Source: an uncultured Gemmatimonadales bacterium
GTDB taxonomy: Bacteria > Gemmatimonadota > Gemmatimonadetes > Gemmatimonadales > Gemmatimonadaceae
DNA length: 64,000 nucleotides
Assembly (NCBI GenBank): GCA_963701965.1
Contig: OY969695.1
Span: 3,008,001-3,072,000, forward strand
Direction: 5' to 3'
Shown: one piece after another, positions 33,107 through 42,599 of the stretch
How positions within the stretch are numbered: the first letter of the stretch is position 1
How the letters are laid out: each line of letters begins with the position of its first letter
Translations under genes and position numbers: made by a program
Notes under the pieces: generated by a model
Databases searched by the model: none
What the model saw: the letters and a program-made list of their open reading frames with translations, nothing else
What the model was told of the DNA's origin: nothing

Positions 33107-33346
33107 ATGCGCGCCCGGGGAAGCGGGCTCGTCGACTGGAAGGAGCATGGCGTCGACCAGAAGGGGTCGGACAACATTTGGATTGGCGTCATCGGACCCG
33201 ACACAAAGCCATTGGGCGAGCGGGCCAACACCGCGCCCGTGACGCAGTCCCAGATCGCGGCCACGGTCGCGGCGCTGCTCGGCCGCGACTTTCGGCGCGA
33301 TGCCCCGTCGGCGGCGCCGCCGCTGGCCGAGGTGTTGGCGCACTAG
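33107..33346 (+). pseudogene. C-terminal fragment of an alkaline-phosphatase-superfamily (phosphoglyceromutase-like) protein
   Basis: GRG-like/W..HG...GS..IW..V.GPD, Q.QIAAT.AALLG; only 79 aa. Confidence 0.55.
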
Positions 33347-33416
33347 CGCCCGCCCCACCTGTCCTAAAGCGTCGGTGGCAGACGTCATCCCGTTTGGCCT
33401 CTAACGGAGATGACCG

Positions 33417-33926
33417 ATGCCGCACCCCCACGAGGGCGATCTTCGCGCGTATCTCGACCGCGAGCTGCCTCCTGCCGCTGTGCAACAGTTGGAGACGCAT
33501 CTCCGGGGCTGCCTTGCCTGTCGGCGCGCACTTGCCGAGGCGCGCGACCGCGGCGACCGCGTCGACGCGTTGTTGGAGGTGGCCGGCGTCTCGTCCATTC
33601 GCCGGACCCCGCGGTGGGCCATGGCGATCGCCGGCGTCGCCGCCGCGGCGGTGGTCGCGACCTTCATTCTGCGCGGCGAACCGGCGACCCATAGCCGCGT
33701 GGCGGGCGCGACCCGCGTGCAGGATGTCTGCTGCTTCAACCTCGACGGCGGGGGTCCGGGCGACGACGGGCTCTTGACCGTGAGCCGGGCCGGCCAGATC
33801 GTCGACTGCGTCGTGTTGTACGAAGACCGGACCGGCACGCGCGCGTTCTCGCCGCGCGATCCCGTGCGGTTCGTCTCCCGTCCCAACGGCTGCGATCTGG
33901 CCGACCTGCACCGGGCGGGCTCGTGA
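33417..33926 (+). CDS. zf-HC2 anti-sigma factor with Cys/Asp-rich extracytoplasmic domain
   Basis: L.AYLD.EL...HL.GC..C, TM helix, DVCCFNLDGGGPGDDG. Confidence 0.75.
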   Translation: MPHPHEGDLRAYLDRELPPAAVQQLETHLRGCLACRRALAEARDRGDRVDALLEVAGVSSIRRTPRWAMAIAGVAAAAVVATFILRGEPATHSRVAGATRVQDVCCFNLDGGGPGDDGLLTVSRAGQIVDCVVLYEDRTGTRAFSPRDPVRFVSRPNGCDLADLHRAGS

Positions 33927-36109
33927 GATACGGTCTGCTTGTTGCCATGCTCATGGCCGCGCCCCTCGTGGTCACGCCCCTCGCCGCTCAACAGACGCCG
34001 CCCATGACGCACGCCGACAGCGTGCGCGCCGACTCCCTGCGGCGGACCCAACACCGGCTGGCGACCGTCGTGGTGACCGACACGCGTCTGTCGCAAGCCG
34101 ACGAGCGGACGCCGTCGCAGGTCGAGGCCGTGGAGATCTCGCGCCACGTCCCGGGCCCCGAGGCCGTGCCCAATGCCATGCTCAATCTGCCCGGGGTCAC
34201 GGCCTTCGACGATCAGGGCCAGAGACTCCAGCCCCAAATCCAGGTTCGCGGGTTTACGGCCTCGCCGGTCGTCGGCAGTCCCCAGGGAGTGAGCGTCTTC
34301 GTGAACGGCGTGCGGGTCAACGAGCCGGACGCGCAGGAGGTGAACTTCGATCTCTTGCCGGCGGCCGCGATCGACCAGGCCACGCTCGTGCGCGGATCGA
34401 ACGTGCTGTTTGGCCGGAATTCACTCGGCGGGACGATTCTGTTCAACACGCGGCGCGGCGGCGACACCCCCGAGGCCGAGCTCGAGATCGGGGGCGGATC
34501 GTTCGGCGAGCAGACGCTGACGTTCACTAGTGGGGGTCGACTCGGCGGCGAGCACGGCATCGACGGATTCGTCGCCTTCACGGGCGAGAACGAGGTCGGG
34601 TGGCGCGACGCCTCGTCGTCCAACACGCGCAACCTCTTCGTCACGCTCGGACACCAGTGGGGCCCAACGCACGACAGCGGCGACGTCGCGCTCGACGTGC
34701 AGTACGGGCATGACCGGCTGTTCGAGGCCGGCTCTCTGCCCGTCAGCTACATCCAGATCCGGCCCACGATCAACTACACGCCGGGCGATTTCTTTGCGCC
34801 GGAAGCCGTCAACCTCACGTTGCGTGGGAACGAGCCCGTGGGCGGCGGCATTCTGCGCGGCACGCTGTACGGCCGGCGGAACAACTACGAGCAGTTCAAC
34901 GGCAACGTGCCGCCTCCCAACACGGATGGCTTCACGCACAATCTCTCCGGTGGCACAACCCTGGAGTGGACGCGGCCGTTCCTGATCGGGACGATCCCCG
35001 TCGGTTTCACCGTGGGCGCCGAGTATTCGCGCGAGTCGGCGCGGATCCATCTGATCAACGTCGGCGGGGGGTTGCCGGATTCGACGACGACCGCGTCGAC
35101 CATCAACCAGGACAACGCGGCGGCCTATGCGCAGGCGATCGTCACGGTGACGCCCGCGCTCAACATCACCGGCGGTCTGCGTGCCGATTACGTCCACATT
35201 CCCTATCGGGATAGTCTGGACGCGACCAACAACGGCAACAGCACCTATCGCCGCCTCTCGCCGGAGATCGGTGCGTCGTATCAGTTCACCGACGAGATCA
35301 AAGTGTTCGTCGCCTACAAGAGCGGCTTTCGGGCGCCGGCGCCGCTGGAGCTGGCGTGCGCGGATCCGACGGCCCCGTGCTCCTTGCCGTTCTCGCTCGG
35401 CGCCGATCCAACGCTCAAGCCTGTCACGACGCAGGATTACGAGGGAGGGTTCGACGTCGACTTGACGCGGCGCACGCACCTCGACGTCAATGCGTTCTGG
35501 ACGGACGTCGACAACGACATCGTGCTCGGCTCGCCGAACCTGACGGAGCAGTTCTTCTTGAACGCGCCGAAGACGCGTCGGGCGGGTGTCGAGGCTTCGG
35601 CGGAAGTCGGGTTGCCCGCGGGCTTCCGCGTGTTTGGCTCGTACAGCTATGTCGCCGCGACTTATCAGAGCGTCGTGGAGATCGCGACGCAGGACACGAC
35701 GCCCAAGCCGACGCAGCCGGGCGATATCATGCCGCTGTCGCCATTGCACCGGGGGCGGGTGGGCGTGGGGATGGGTCGTCTCCTCGGCCCACTGGTGGTC
35801 GACGGCGAGTTCGACATCCGGGGCTACTCCGGGCAGTACATGCGCGGCGACGAGTCGAATCAGCGTCCCCAGATCCCCGGCTATACGGTCGCGGGTCTCC
35901 GGGGCGCGTTCACCTATCGGCGGTACACGCTGGCGTTCCAGATCGAGAACCTCTTCGATCGGTCGTACGCCACGTACGGCATCCTGGCGCAGAACCAGTT
36001 GGGGCCATTCGGGCAGAACATGCCCGCGGGCGAAGATGCCCCCGTCGAGCCCTTTTTCACGCCTGGCTATGCGCGGCGGATCACTGTCACGCTTTCCGCC
36101 AAGCTTTAG
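33923..36109 (+). CDS. TonB-dependent receptor
   Basis: Signal peptide, TonB box TVVVT, plug RGFTASPVVGSPQG.SVFVNGVR.NE, ENLFDRSY, C-terminal beta strand. Confidence 0.92.
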   Translation: MRYGLLVAMLMAAPLVVTPLAAQQTPPMTHADSVRADSLRRTQHRLATVVVTDTRLSQADERTPSQVEAVEISRHVPGPEAVPNAMLNLPGVTAFDDQGQRLQPQIQVRGFTASPVVGSPQGVSVFVNGVRVNEPDAQEVNFDLLPAAAIDQATLVRGSNVLFGRNSLGGTILFNTRRGGDTPEAELEIGGGSFGEQTLTFTSGGRLGGEHGIDGFVAFTGENEVGWRDASSSNTRNLFVTLGHQWGPTHDSGDVALDVQYGHDRLFEAGSLPVSYIQIRPTINYTPGDFFAPEAVNLTLRGNEPVGGGILRGTLYGRRNNYEQFNGNVPPPNTDGFTHNLSGGTTLEWTRPFLIGTIPVGFTVGAEYSRESARIHLINVGGGLPDSTTTASTINQDNAAAYAQAIVTVTPALNITGGLRADYVHIPYRDSLDATNNGNSTYRRLSPEIGASYQFTDEIKVFVAYKSGFRAPAPLELACADPTAPCSLPFSLGADPTLKPVTTQDYEGGFDVDLTRRTHLDVNAFWTDVDNDIVLGSPNLTEQFFLNAPKTRRAGVEASAEVGLPAGFRVFGSYSYVAATYQSVVEIATQDTTPKPTQPGDIMPLSPLHRGRVGVGMGRLLGPLVVDGEFDIRGYSGQYMRGDESNQRPQIPGYTVAGLRGAFTYRRYTLAFQIENLFDRSYATYGILAQNQLGPFGQNMPAGEDAPVEPFFTPGYARRITVTLSAKL

Positions 36110-36409
36110 GCGGCGTTTCTCGCCGCTAAAGCAGTCGGTTGGCCTGGCTTGGCTCGCGCCAAGTTTTAGGCGGCGCTTCTCGCCGCTAAAACAGTCGGTT
36201 GGCCTGGCTTGGCTCGCGCCAAGTTTTAGGCGGCGCTTCTCGCCGCTAAAGCAGTCGGTTGGCCTGGCTTGGCTCGCGCCAAGTTTTAGGCGGCGCTTCT
36301 CGCCGCTAAAACAGTCGGTTGGCCTGGCTTGGCTCGCGCCAAGTTTTAGGCGGCGCTTCTCGCCGCTAAAACAGTCGGTTGGCCTGGCTTGGCTCGCGCC
36401 AAGCCTTAG
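36097..36409. repeat. 60-bp tandem repeat, 5 full units plus partial, two hairpins per unit
   Basis: Unit CGCCAAGYTTTAGGCGGCGYTTCTCGCCGCTAAARCAGTCGGTTGGCCTGGCTTGGCTCG; no spacers. Confidence 0.95.
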
Positions 36410-36450
36410 CTCGCTTGGCGATTGGTCCGGTTGGTGCGGTAGATCGGGGG

Positions 36451-37529
36451 ATGGCGACGGTGCAGTACCCGCGGGTGGTCGCTCTGGAACGGGAGCTCGG
36501 CGACGCGCACGTGCTGAGCGTGTTTCTGGAGCGGCCGCCGACGGCCCCGCCCGAGCGACATGCGTGGCAGGTTCGGTTCGACGAGAATGATCCACGCGCT
36601 CCGCGATGGGGACGGGGTTCGGCCACATGCCGAGCGCGCGGAGTTGGATCATGCGCTGGCGCAATTGCAGCGGCACTTGACGCGCACGGATGGGATCGCG
36701 CGGTCTCGCGGGTGGGTGGCCTACGTGACCGCGCGGGGGGTCATGCTGGCCGAGGCGTTGCCGGTCACGGTCCCGATGACGGTGTCGTGGGGGGCGCCGC
36801 GCGTGGCGCCTCTGCTTCGCACGTTCAAGGAGGCGCGGCCCGCGATCGTGGTGGTCGTCGATGGTCGAACGGCGGACATCTATCGCTACGCCGAAGGGGC
36901 GATCCAGGAGGTCGACCGATTGGCGGCGCCGGCTGAGATCCCATTTCATGGGGAGGCCAGCGGGCGCGCGGCGCGCCGGAAGGTCGAACGCGAGCGTGAA
37001 GCGGCGCGGGCGCGGCTCATGGGTGCGCTCGCCGACCGGTTGGTGCATTCTGGCGGGACTCGACGGTTGGTTGCTCGTGGGCGGGACTCCCGTCGCGGCG
37101 CGGGAGGCCTACGCGGCGTTGCCGGCGCGGGTTGCGGCTCGCGCGCGGTTGGTGCAGGCGCTGCACAAGGGCGCCACGGGGCCCGAGATCGCGGCGATGG
37201 CGGCGACGGCCGCGTCGTCGTTGCGGCGGGACGAGGATTGCGCGGCGGTGCGGCGGGTATTGGAGGGATTGGGTGCGGCGGGGCGCGGCGTGGTCGGCCC
37301 CGACGAAACCTTTGCCGCGTTAGCCGAGCGGCGGGTGGAGCGGTTGTTTGTGAGCCTCGCGTTTCTGGAGCAGCGGGGCGCCGAGGCGGAAATCGCCGTG
37401 CGCGAAGCCTTTGCCCAGCGGATTGCGGCCGAGGCTGTGGCGGGGGCGGGCGCCGAGCTCCTCGATGCGCGCGCGGGCGGGATCGCGGGCGAGCTGCGAT
37501 ACGTGGTGAGCAACGGCGCGTCGCAGTAG
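36451..37529 (+). CDS. baeRF/eRF1-Pelota-like protein, two frameshifts (~36580, ~37050)
   Basis: VLSVFL, P.VAPL, VVVD...A.IY, LLVGG, V..L.V, GGIAG.LRY spread over three frames. Confidence 0.6.
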
Positions 37530-37539
37530 TTTCGCTCGT

Positions 37540-39093
37540 ATGAAAGACGCGATCAATGAAGGCATAGCCGGGGTCACCGTGGTGCGCCCAGCGCCCGGGT
37601 CCGAGCGCGTGTTGACGGACGACGCGCTCGCTTTTCTCTCGCGGTTGCAGCGCCAGTTCGGCGCCACGCGGGAGACCGTTTTGCGGGCGCGGGCCGACCG
37701 GCAGCACCGGCTCGACGGCGGAGAGCGGCCGAAGCTGTTGGTGGAGACCGCCAATGTGCGGCGGGCCGAGTGGCGTGTGGCGCCGCCGCCGGGGGCGCTC
37801 ACGGAGCGGCGCGTGGAGATCACCGGGCCAACCGAGCGGAAGATGATGATCAACGCGCTCAATTCAGGCGCGAGCTGTTTCATGGCCGATTGCGAGGATT
37901 CGTTGTCGCCGACGTGGGAGAACGTCGTCGAGGGGCACGCGAATCTGATGGACGCGGTGCGGCGGACGTTGAGTTTTCGCGCGCCGGAGGGCAAGGAGTA
38001 CAAGCTCAGTGACTCGGTGGCGACGCTCTTGGTGCGTCCGCGCGGGTGGCATCTCGTCGAGCGCCACGTGCGGGTGGACGGGCATCCCATGTCGGCCAGT
38101 CTGTTCGACTTCGGGTTGTTCTTCTATCACAACGCGAAGGAGCAGATCGCGCGCGGCGCAGGTCCCTACTTTTACGTCCCCAAGTTGGAGAGCCATCGCG
38201 AAGCGCGGTTGTGGCGCGATGTGTTCGCGTTCGCCGAGCGGGAGTTGGGCGTGTCGGCGGGGACGATCCGGGTGACCGTGTTGATCGAGACCATCTTGGC
38301 GGCGTTCGAGATGGACGAGATCCTGCACGAGCTGCGCGACTACGGGTGCGCGCTCAACGCGGGGCGGTGGGACTACATCTTCAGTGTGATCAAGAAGTTT
38401 CATTCCGATCCGGCGTTCGTGTTGCCCGATCGGGCGCAGGTGACGATGACGGTGCCGTTCATGCGGGCGTATGCCGATCGGCTCGTCCGCACCTGTCATC
38501 ATCGTGGGGCGCAGGCGATCGGCGGGATGGCGGCGTTCATTCCCAGCCGGCGGGACGCCGAGGTGAACGCGACGGCGATGGCGAAGGTGCGCGAGGACAA
38601 GCAGCGCGAGGCCGGTGGCGGGTTCGACGGGACGTGGGTCGCGCATCCCGATCTCGTGCCGGTGGCGCGGGAGGCGTTTGCGGCGTGGAAGCCGGCGCCG
38701 GTCGGATCTGCGGCGGACGGCGAGACCGCGGCGTTGATCGACGTGCGGGTGCCGGGCGGTCAGGTGACCGAGGCCGGCGTGCGGAACAACATCAGCGTCG
38801 CCTTGCAATATCTCGAGGCGTGGATGCGCGGGTCGGGCGCGGTGGCCATCAACAACCTGATGGAGGACACGGCGACTGCGGAGATCTCGCGGGCGCAGTT
38901 GTGGCAGTGGATCCGGCAGGGGTTGGTGACGAAGGAGCGCTATCTCGAGATTCGGACGCCGGAGTTGGTGACCCACCGCGGGGCGGATCGGGGCGGGCGG
39001 TGGGATGATGCGGCGCAGTTCTTGGACGAGCTGGTGTTGAGCGAGGGGTTTCCCGAGTTTTTGACGGTCGCCGGCGCGCACTACCTGCGCTGA
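37540..39093 (+). CDS. aceB: Malate synthase A
   Basis: [54 protein letters not shown]. Confidence 0.95.
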   Translation: MKDAINEGIAGVTVVRPAPGSERVLTDDALAFLSRLQRQFGATRETVLRARADRQHRLDGGERPKLLVETANVRRAEWRVAPPPGALTERRVEITGPTERKMMINALNSGASCFMADCEDSLSPTWENVVEGHANLMDAVRRTLSFRAPEGKEYKLSDSVATLLVRPRGWHLVERHVRVDGHPMSASLFDFGLFFYHNAKEQIARGAGPYFYVPKLESHREARLWRDVFAFAERELGVSAGTIRVTVLIETILAAFEMDEILHELRDYGCALNAGRWDYIFSVIKKFHSDPAFVLPDRAQVTMTVPFMRAYADRLVRTCHHRGAQAIGGMAAFIPSRRDAEVNATAMAKVREDKQREAGGGFDGTWVAHPDLVPVAREAFAAWKPAPVGSAADGETAALIDVRVPGGQVTEAGVRNNISVALQYLEAWMRGSGAVAINNLMEDTATAEISRAQLWQWIRQGLVTKERYLEIRTPELVTHRGADRGGRWDDAAQFLDELVLSEGFPEFLTVAGAHYLR

Positions 39094-40230
39094 CTACCAG
39101 CGCAGGCGGAACGGCGTCAGATCGAAGCGCGTCGTTCCGGTCGTGATGCGGTCGGCGACGAGCTCGCCGATGACGCTGGCGAATTTGAACCCATGGCCGG
39201 AGCAGGGGCTCACGAGCTCCACGTGCGGATGCGCGGGGTGGGTGTCGATCACGAAGTGTTCGTCGGGGGTGTTCGTGTAGAGACAGACCGACGAGGCGAT
39301 CAGGGGCCCATCGGCGGCGGGCATGAACGTGCGGAGCAGAGCGCGGATGTAGGCGATCTCCTCGGGCGCCACGGTGCGCTCGACCCTATCCGGGTCCGTC
39401 GTCGCGGCGCCATCGCGGACGTGGTGCAACCCGATCTTGACGCCTTCACCGTAGTCGGGGAACGAATACCACGCGTGGTCGGGCGCGTATTCGCAGATGA
39501 TGACGGGGAAGCGCTCAGGCGCGAACAGCGTGGTGTGGTGGGCCGGTTGGAACCAGTGGACGACGTTGCGTTCGACGATGAGCGGGAGGTGGAGCCCGGG
39601 TGCGAGCTGGCGGAGCCAGGCACCGACGCTCAGGACGAGCCGGTCGGCTTCATATGTGTCCTGCGCGGTGGTGATGCGCACGCCGTCGCCGTTGCTCGTC
39701 CATTCGACGAGTGGCTCGTTGGTGCGGATGACGGCGCCCGCGGCGGCGGCCAGCGTGAGGTGGGCGCGGATGGCCGTTTCGGGTACCACGTATCCGGCGC
39801 GTGGTTCGAGGACGCCGACCATATCGGTCGTAGGGCGGAGTCCGGGGAACCGGCGCGTGATCTCGGATGCCGTGAGGGTTTCGTGGGGCAGGTGGTGGCG
39901 TTGGGCACTGGCGAGGGCGCCGGCGGCGACGCGTCCATCGGGCGGTCCCACCATGAGCCCGCCGGTGCGTTCCAGGATGCGTTCGCCGCTAAGCCGCTGC
40001 AGCGTATCCCATTGTTCGTAGGCCCGGGCGACGAGGGGGACATAGCGCGGGTCCTCGAAGTACGCCTCGCGGATGATGCGCGATTTGCCGTGCGAGGAGC
40101 CGAGCGTGTGTGGCGGGTCGTACCGGTCGAGTCCGAGGACGCGTTGGCCGCGGCGCGCCAGATGAAACGCGACGGCGCTGCCCATGGCGCCGAGGCCGGC
40201 GACGATCACGTCAAAGCGCGGGGACGTCAC
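39094..40230 (-). CDS. solA: Second sarcosine oxidase / N-methyl-L-tryptophan oxidase
   Basis: GLGAMGS, GSSHG.SRIIR.AY, CLYTNTPDEHF, CSGHGFKF. Confidence 0.9.
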   Translation of the reverse strand: MTSPRFDVIVAGLGAMGSAVAFHLARRGQRVLGLDRYDPPHTLGSSHGKSRIIREAYFEDPRYVPLVARAYEQWDTLQRLSGERILERTGGLMVGPPDGRVAAGALASAQRHHLPHETLTASEITRRFPGLRPTTDMVGVLEPRAGYVVPETAIRAHLTLAAAAGAVIRTNEPLVEWTSNGDGVRITTAQDTYEADRLVLSVGAWLRQLAPGLHLPLIVERNVVHWFQPAHHTTLFAPERFPVIICEYAPDHAWYSFPDYGEGVKIGLHHVRDGAATTDPDRVERTVAPEEIAYIRALLRTFMPAADGPLIASSVCLYTNTPDEHFVIDTHPAHPHVELVSPCSGHGFKFASVIGELVADRITTGTTRFDLTPFRLRW

Positions 40231-40406
40231 GACGGGGGAACATAGGGGTAGGGACGGTGGCGCGGCCAGCGCGACAGCACGCTGGCGGCACCGTGCCGCC
40301 ACTGGTGCATTGTTGCCCTATTCGCGCGTAGACGTCAGGGTTCGGAGCGCGATATATTACCGGGCCCGGCGCATGTGGTGAGTCGGCGGTGCAATGGGGA
40401 GTGTGA

Positions 40407-40479
40407 TGGGGTGTAGCTTAGCTGGCAAAGCGCCCGGCTGTTAACCGGGAGATCGCTGGTTCAAATCCAGCCGCCCCAG
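40407..40479 (+). tRNA. tRNA-Asn (GTT), CCA not encoded
   Basis: Acceptor TGGGGTG/CGCCCCA, D arm, anticodon stem CCCGG-CTGTTAA-CCGGG, GGTTCAAATCC T-loop. Confidence 0.93.
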
Positions 40480-41065
40480 TTTCTAATCCTAACTGCGCTA
40501 GTGAGTTAGGCTGGCGACGCCGGTTGCCGAACACTTCGTCTTCCAACGGCACCCGCTGCGACTCCAACGGCACCCCGAGCCGGCAAACTTGCGCAATCTC
40601 GCCTCAACCTGCCTGAGCGCCCGGTGCACGACCGGGCGACTTAGATCGTCCGGCACTGGAAATCGGAGGTGGCGATGCGGATCGTCATTGTCGGTGTGGG
40701 TCTGGCTGATCTCATCGATCTCTTCAACAAACGGAGTTTGGGTGTACGCGCCAAGTCCGCCGGAGAGCCGTGCGGTCCAGCTACAACTGTAGTCGCGCGA
40801 GTGCGGAGCCGCGGGCTGAGGAGGGTATCGTAGATGTATGAAAGTCGACACGCGCACCCGAAGTCATAGCAAACCAATACAGTGGGGTCCACGTGTGCTG
40901 TGCGAAGACCGCTGGCGTGTTGAAGCGGTAATCAAGCGTGGGCACGTCGCGCGAATCGAACGCGTCGCGCTGATAGGCGATGCCGACGACATCTCCTGAG
41001 GCCTGTTCTCAAGTAAATGGGTCAGATCCCGAACGACGTGAGTGGCAGTGCAAGAGATTCAGCAA

Positions 41066-42016
41066 CTATGCCGTGCAGCCGCGCTGGTCCATTCCAGGGA
41101 GCCAGGACGACAGGTCCGTGCGCCAGATGTGCATCAGCCCATTGTTCCAGCTGTGCATCTGATCGAGCGCGATCGTCCCGCCGGGCGGTGTCCGGATAAC
41201 CCGATTGCTGCCGAAGAACAGCGTATGGCCATCGGGCGCGAAACGAGGCTCGATCTCCCGAAACGCGCTGTTGATGCCTGGACCCAGAGACAGCGGCTCC
41301 CCCCAAACGCCCTTCTTTCGGAAGACGATAAAGAGATCCAGGTCTTTGTCCGCGGTTGGTGGACGGTTCGACGCAAAGACGGCGTAGGATTCATCCGGCG
41401 CCACCGTCGGATCGACGTTGTTGTAATGCTCGTCGCTGAATGACACTCGCTGGGCCCGCGCGTATTGACCGCTCTTCATCTCCGACCGGAAGATCTGGAA
41501 ACGCCCCGAGTCCCCCGTCGGTTTCATGAAATACACGCTACCGTCCGCGACGATGCTCGGCGTGTACACAGATGAGTTCGCGTTTACCGTCTCCGGCAGC
41601 CGCACTGGCGCACTCCAACCGTTGCCGCGCCGGTCGACTCGCCAGAGGTTTCCGCCGGCGCCCGGGAAGACGCGGCCCCCGTAGTTCCCATCGAGTGGAA
41701 CGCCCCCATCCGTCGCCGGACGGTTGGATGCGAAGATCAGATAGGACCCGTCTGGCGCTAACGCGCCTTCCACATCGCGCCAGTGGCCGGAGAACGCGGC
41801 AATCGATGGTAGAGTCCAGTGGCCGCGCTCGAGGCGCGAGGTCACGATTGCGTCTTCCACGCCATTGCTCATCGTGTACCAGACCGCGCGGCAATCCGGA
41901 GCGAACGTCGGCGCGTAACTGGCCGCCCCGTTCGAGATGATGCCTGGCGCGAAGATCGTCGGCTGTTGTGCGCCGAGCGTAGGCGCCAGGAGTATCGTGA
42001 GCGCAAGCCATCGCAT
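41066..42016 (-). CDS. Secreted PD40/TolB-like beta-propeller protein
   Basis: Signal peptide; repeated P.F/APDG..L.F.SNR motifs. Confidence 0.82.
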   Translation of the reverse strand: MRWLALTILLAPTLGAQQPTIFAPGIISNGAASYAPTFAPDCRAVWYTMSNGVEDAIVTSRLERGHWTLPSIAAFSGHWRDVEGALAPDGSYLIFASNRPATDGGVPLDGNYGGRVFPGAGGNLWRVDRRGNGWSAPVRLPETVNANSSVYTPSIVADGSVYFMKPTGDSGRFQIFRSEMKSGQYARAQRVSFSDEHYNNVDPTVAPDESYAVFASNRPPTADKDLDLFIVFRKKGVWGEPLSLGPGINSAFREIEPRFAPDGHTLFFGSNRVIRTPPGGTIALDQMHSWNNGLMHIWRTDLSSWLPGMDQRGCTA

Positions 42017-42385
42017 GCTACGAAACTAGCACGCGGTTCCGCCGCTGCAAGGATAATGCAGCGAACTGACCATTCCCGCTCGCCAGCGAGTGCCGACCGG
42101 TCGCCGATGGTGACGGATCAGGGCTGTTAGCCGGCATAGAGCGCGACGATTGATCTGAGCGCACATGCGAGCAAGAGTGCCGCCGCGCGTGCTGCATTCG
42201 TTCAGGCCGATGGAGCCGATGCGTTGCCCGTCTCGAAAATCATTGACTTTCTGCCAGAGTCCCAGCACTTCGACTTACGTAGGGCGACACAATCGTCACA
42301 CCTTCATCAATGCCGGCTCGAATATCACCGAGGTGATCCCAGTGATGATGCACCGCGATCCAGGGGACGGCATCTGCCAGGTCAG

Positions 42386-42533
42386 TCACGGCATTTTCCG
42401 TCATGTTGAGAGCGAAGCCACAGCACCGACGCCCGCATTCGCCAACAAGTACGGTCTTTTGCAGGTTTTGGGGTAGACAACAGGAAGACTGTTAGCCGGG
42501 AGATCGCTGGTTCAAATCCAGCCGCCCCAGTTT
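42386..42533 (+). repeat. att junction copy 1: ~100-bp arm plus tRNA-Asn 3'-half duplicate
   Basis: CTGTTAGCCGGGAGATCGCTGGTTCAAATCCAGCCGCCCCAGTTT; arm highly similar to 60453-60555. Confidence 0.92.
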
Positions 42534-42599
42534 GTAATTCCTTCAAGATCTGCGACTTGCAGAGCGAGTGCTCAGGCTTCGAGCACTCGGGGGCGCGTT

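Larger units (their letters stand above)
40480..42533. mobile_element. tRNA-Asn-integrated mini-island 1 (~2 kb, no integrase)
   Basis: Bounded by the tRNA and a 45-bp copy of its 3' half at 42489-42533. Confidence 0.75.

Noticed and set aside
25375..33264. Very long alternative-frame ORFs (1078 aa, 983 aa and similar)
   Set aside because: Arg/Pro/Ala-rich shadow ORFs typical of high-GC DNA that overlap well-supported genes.
36097..36409. CRISPR array
   Set aside because: Units are contiguous and near-identical, with no unique spacers and no cas genes.
1040..37060. Programmed frameshifting or pseudogenisation of core genes (~1046, 11340, 17410, 21065, 22178, 36580, 37050)
   Set aside because: These are isolated single-base indels without slippery motifs in otherwise intact genes. 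Sequencing or assembly error is more parsimonious; reads are needed to confirm.
42489..42533. Additional tRNA genes (also 60556-60600)
   Set aside because: Only the 3' half is present, with no D arm or 5' acceptor strand; these are att duplicates.
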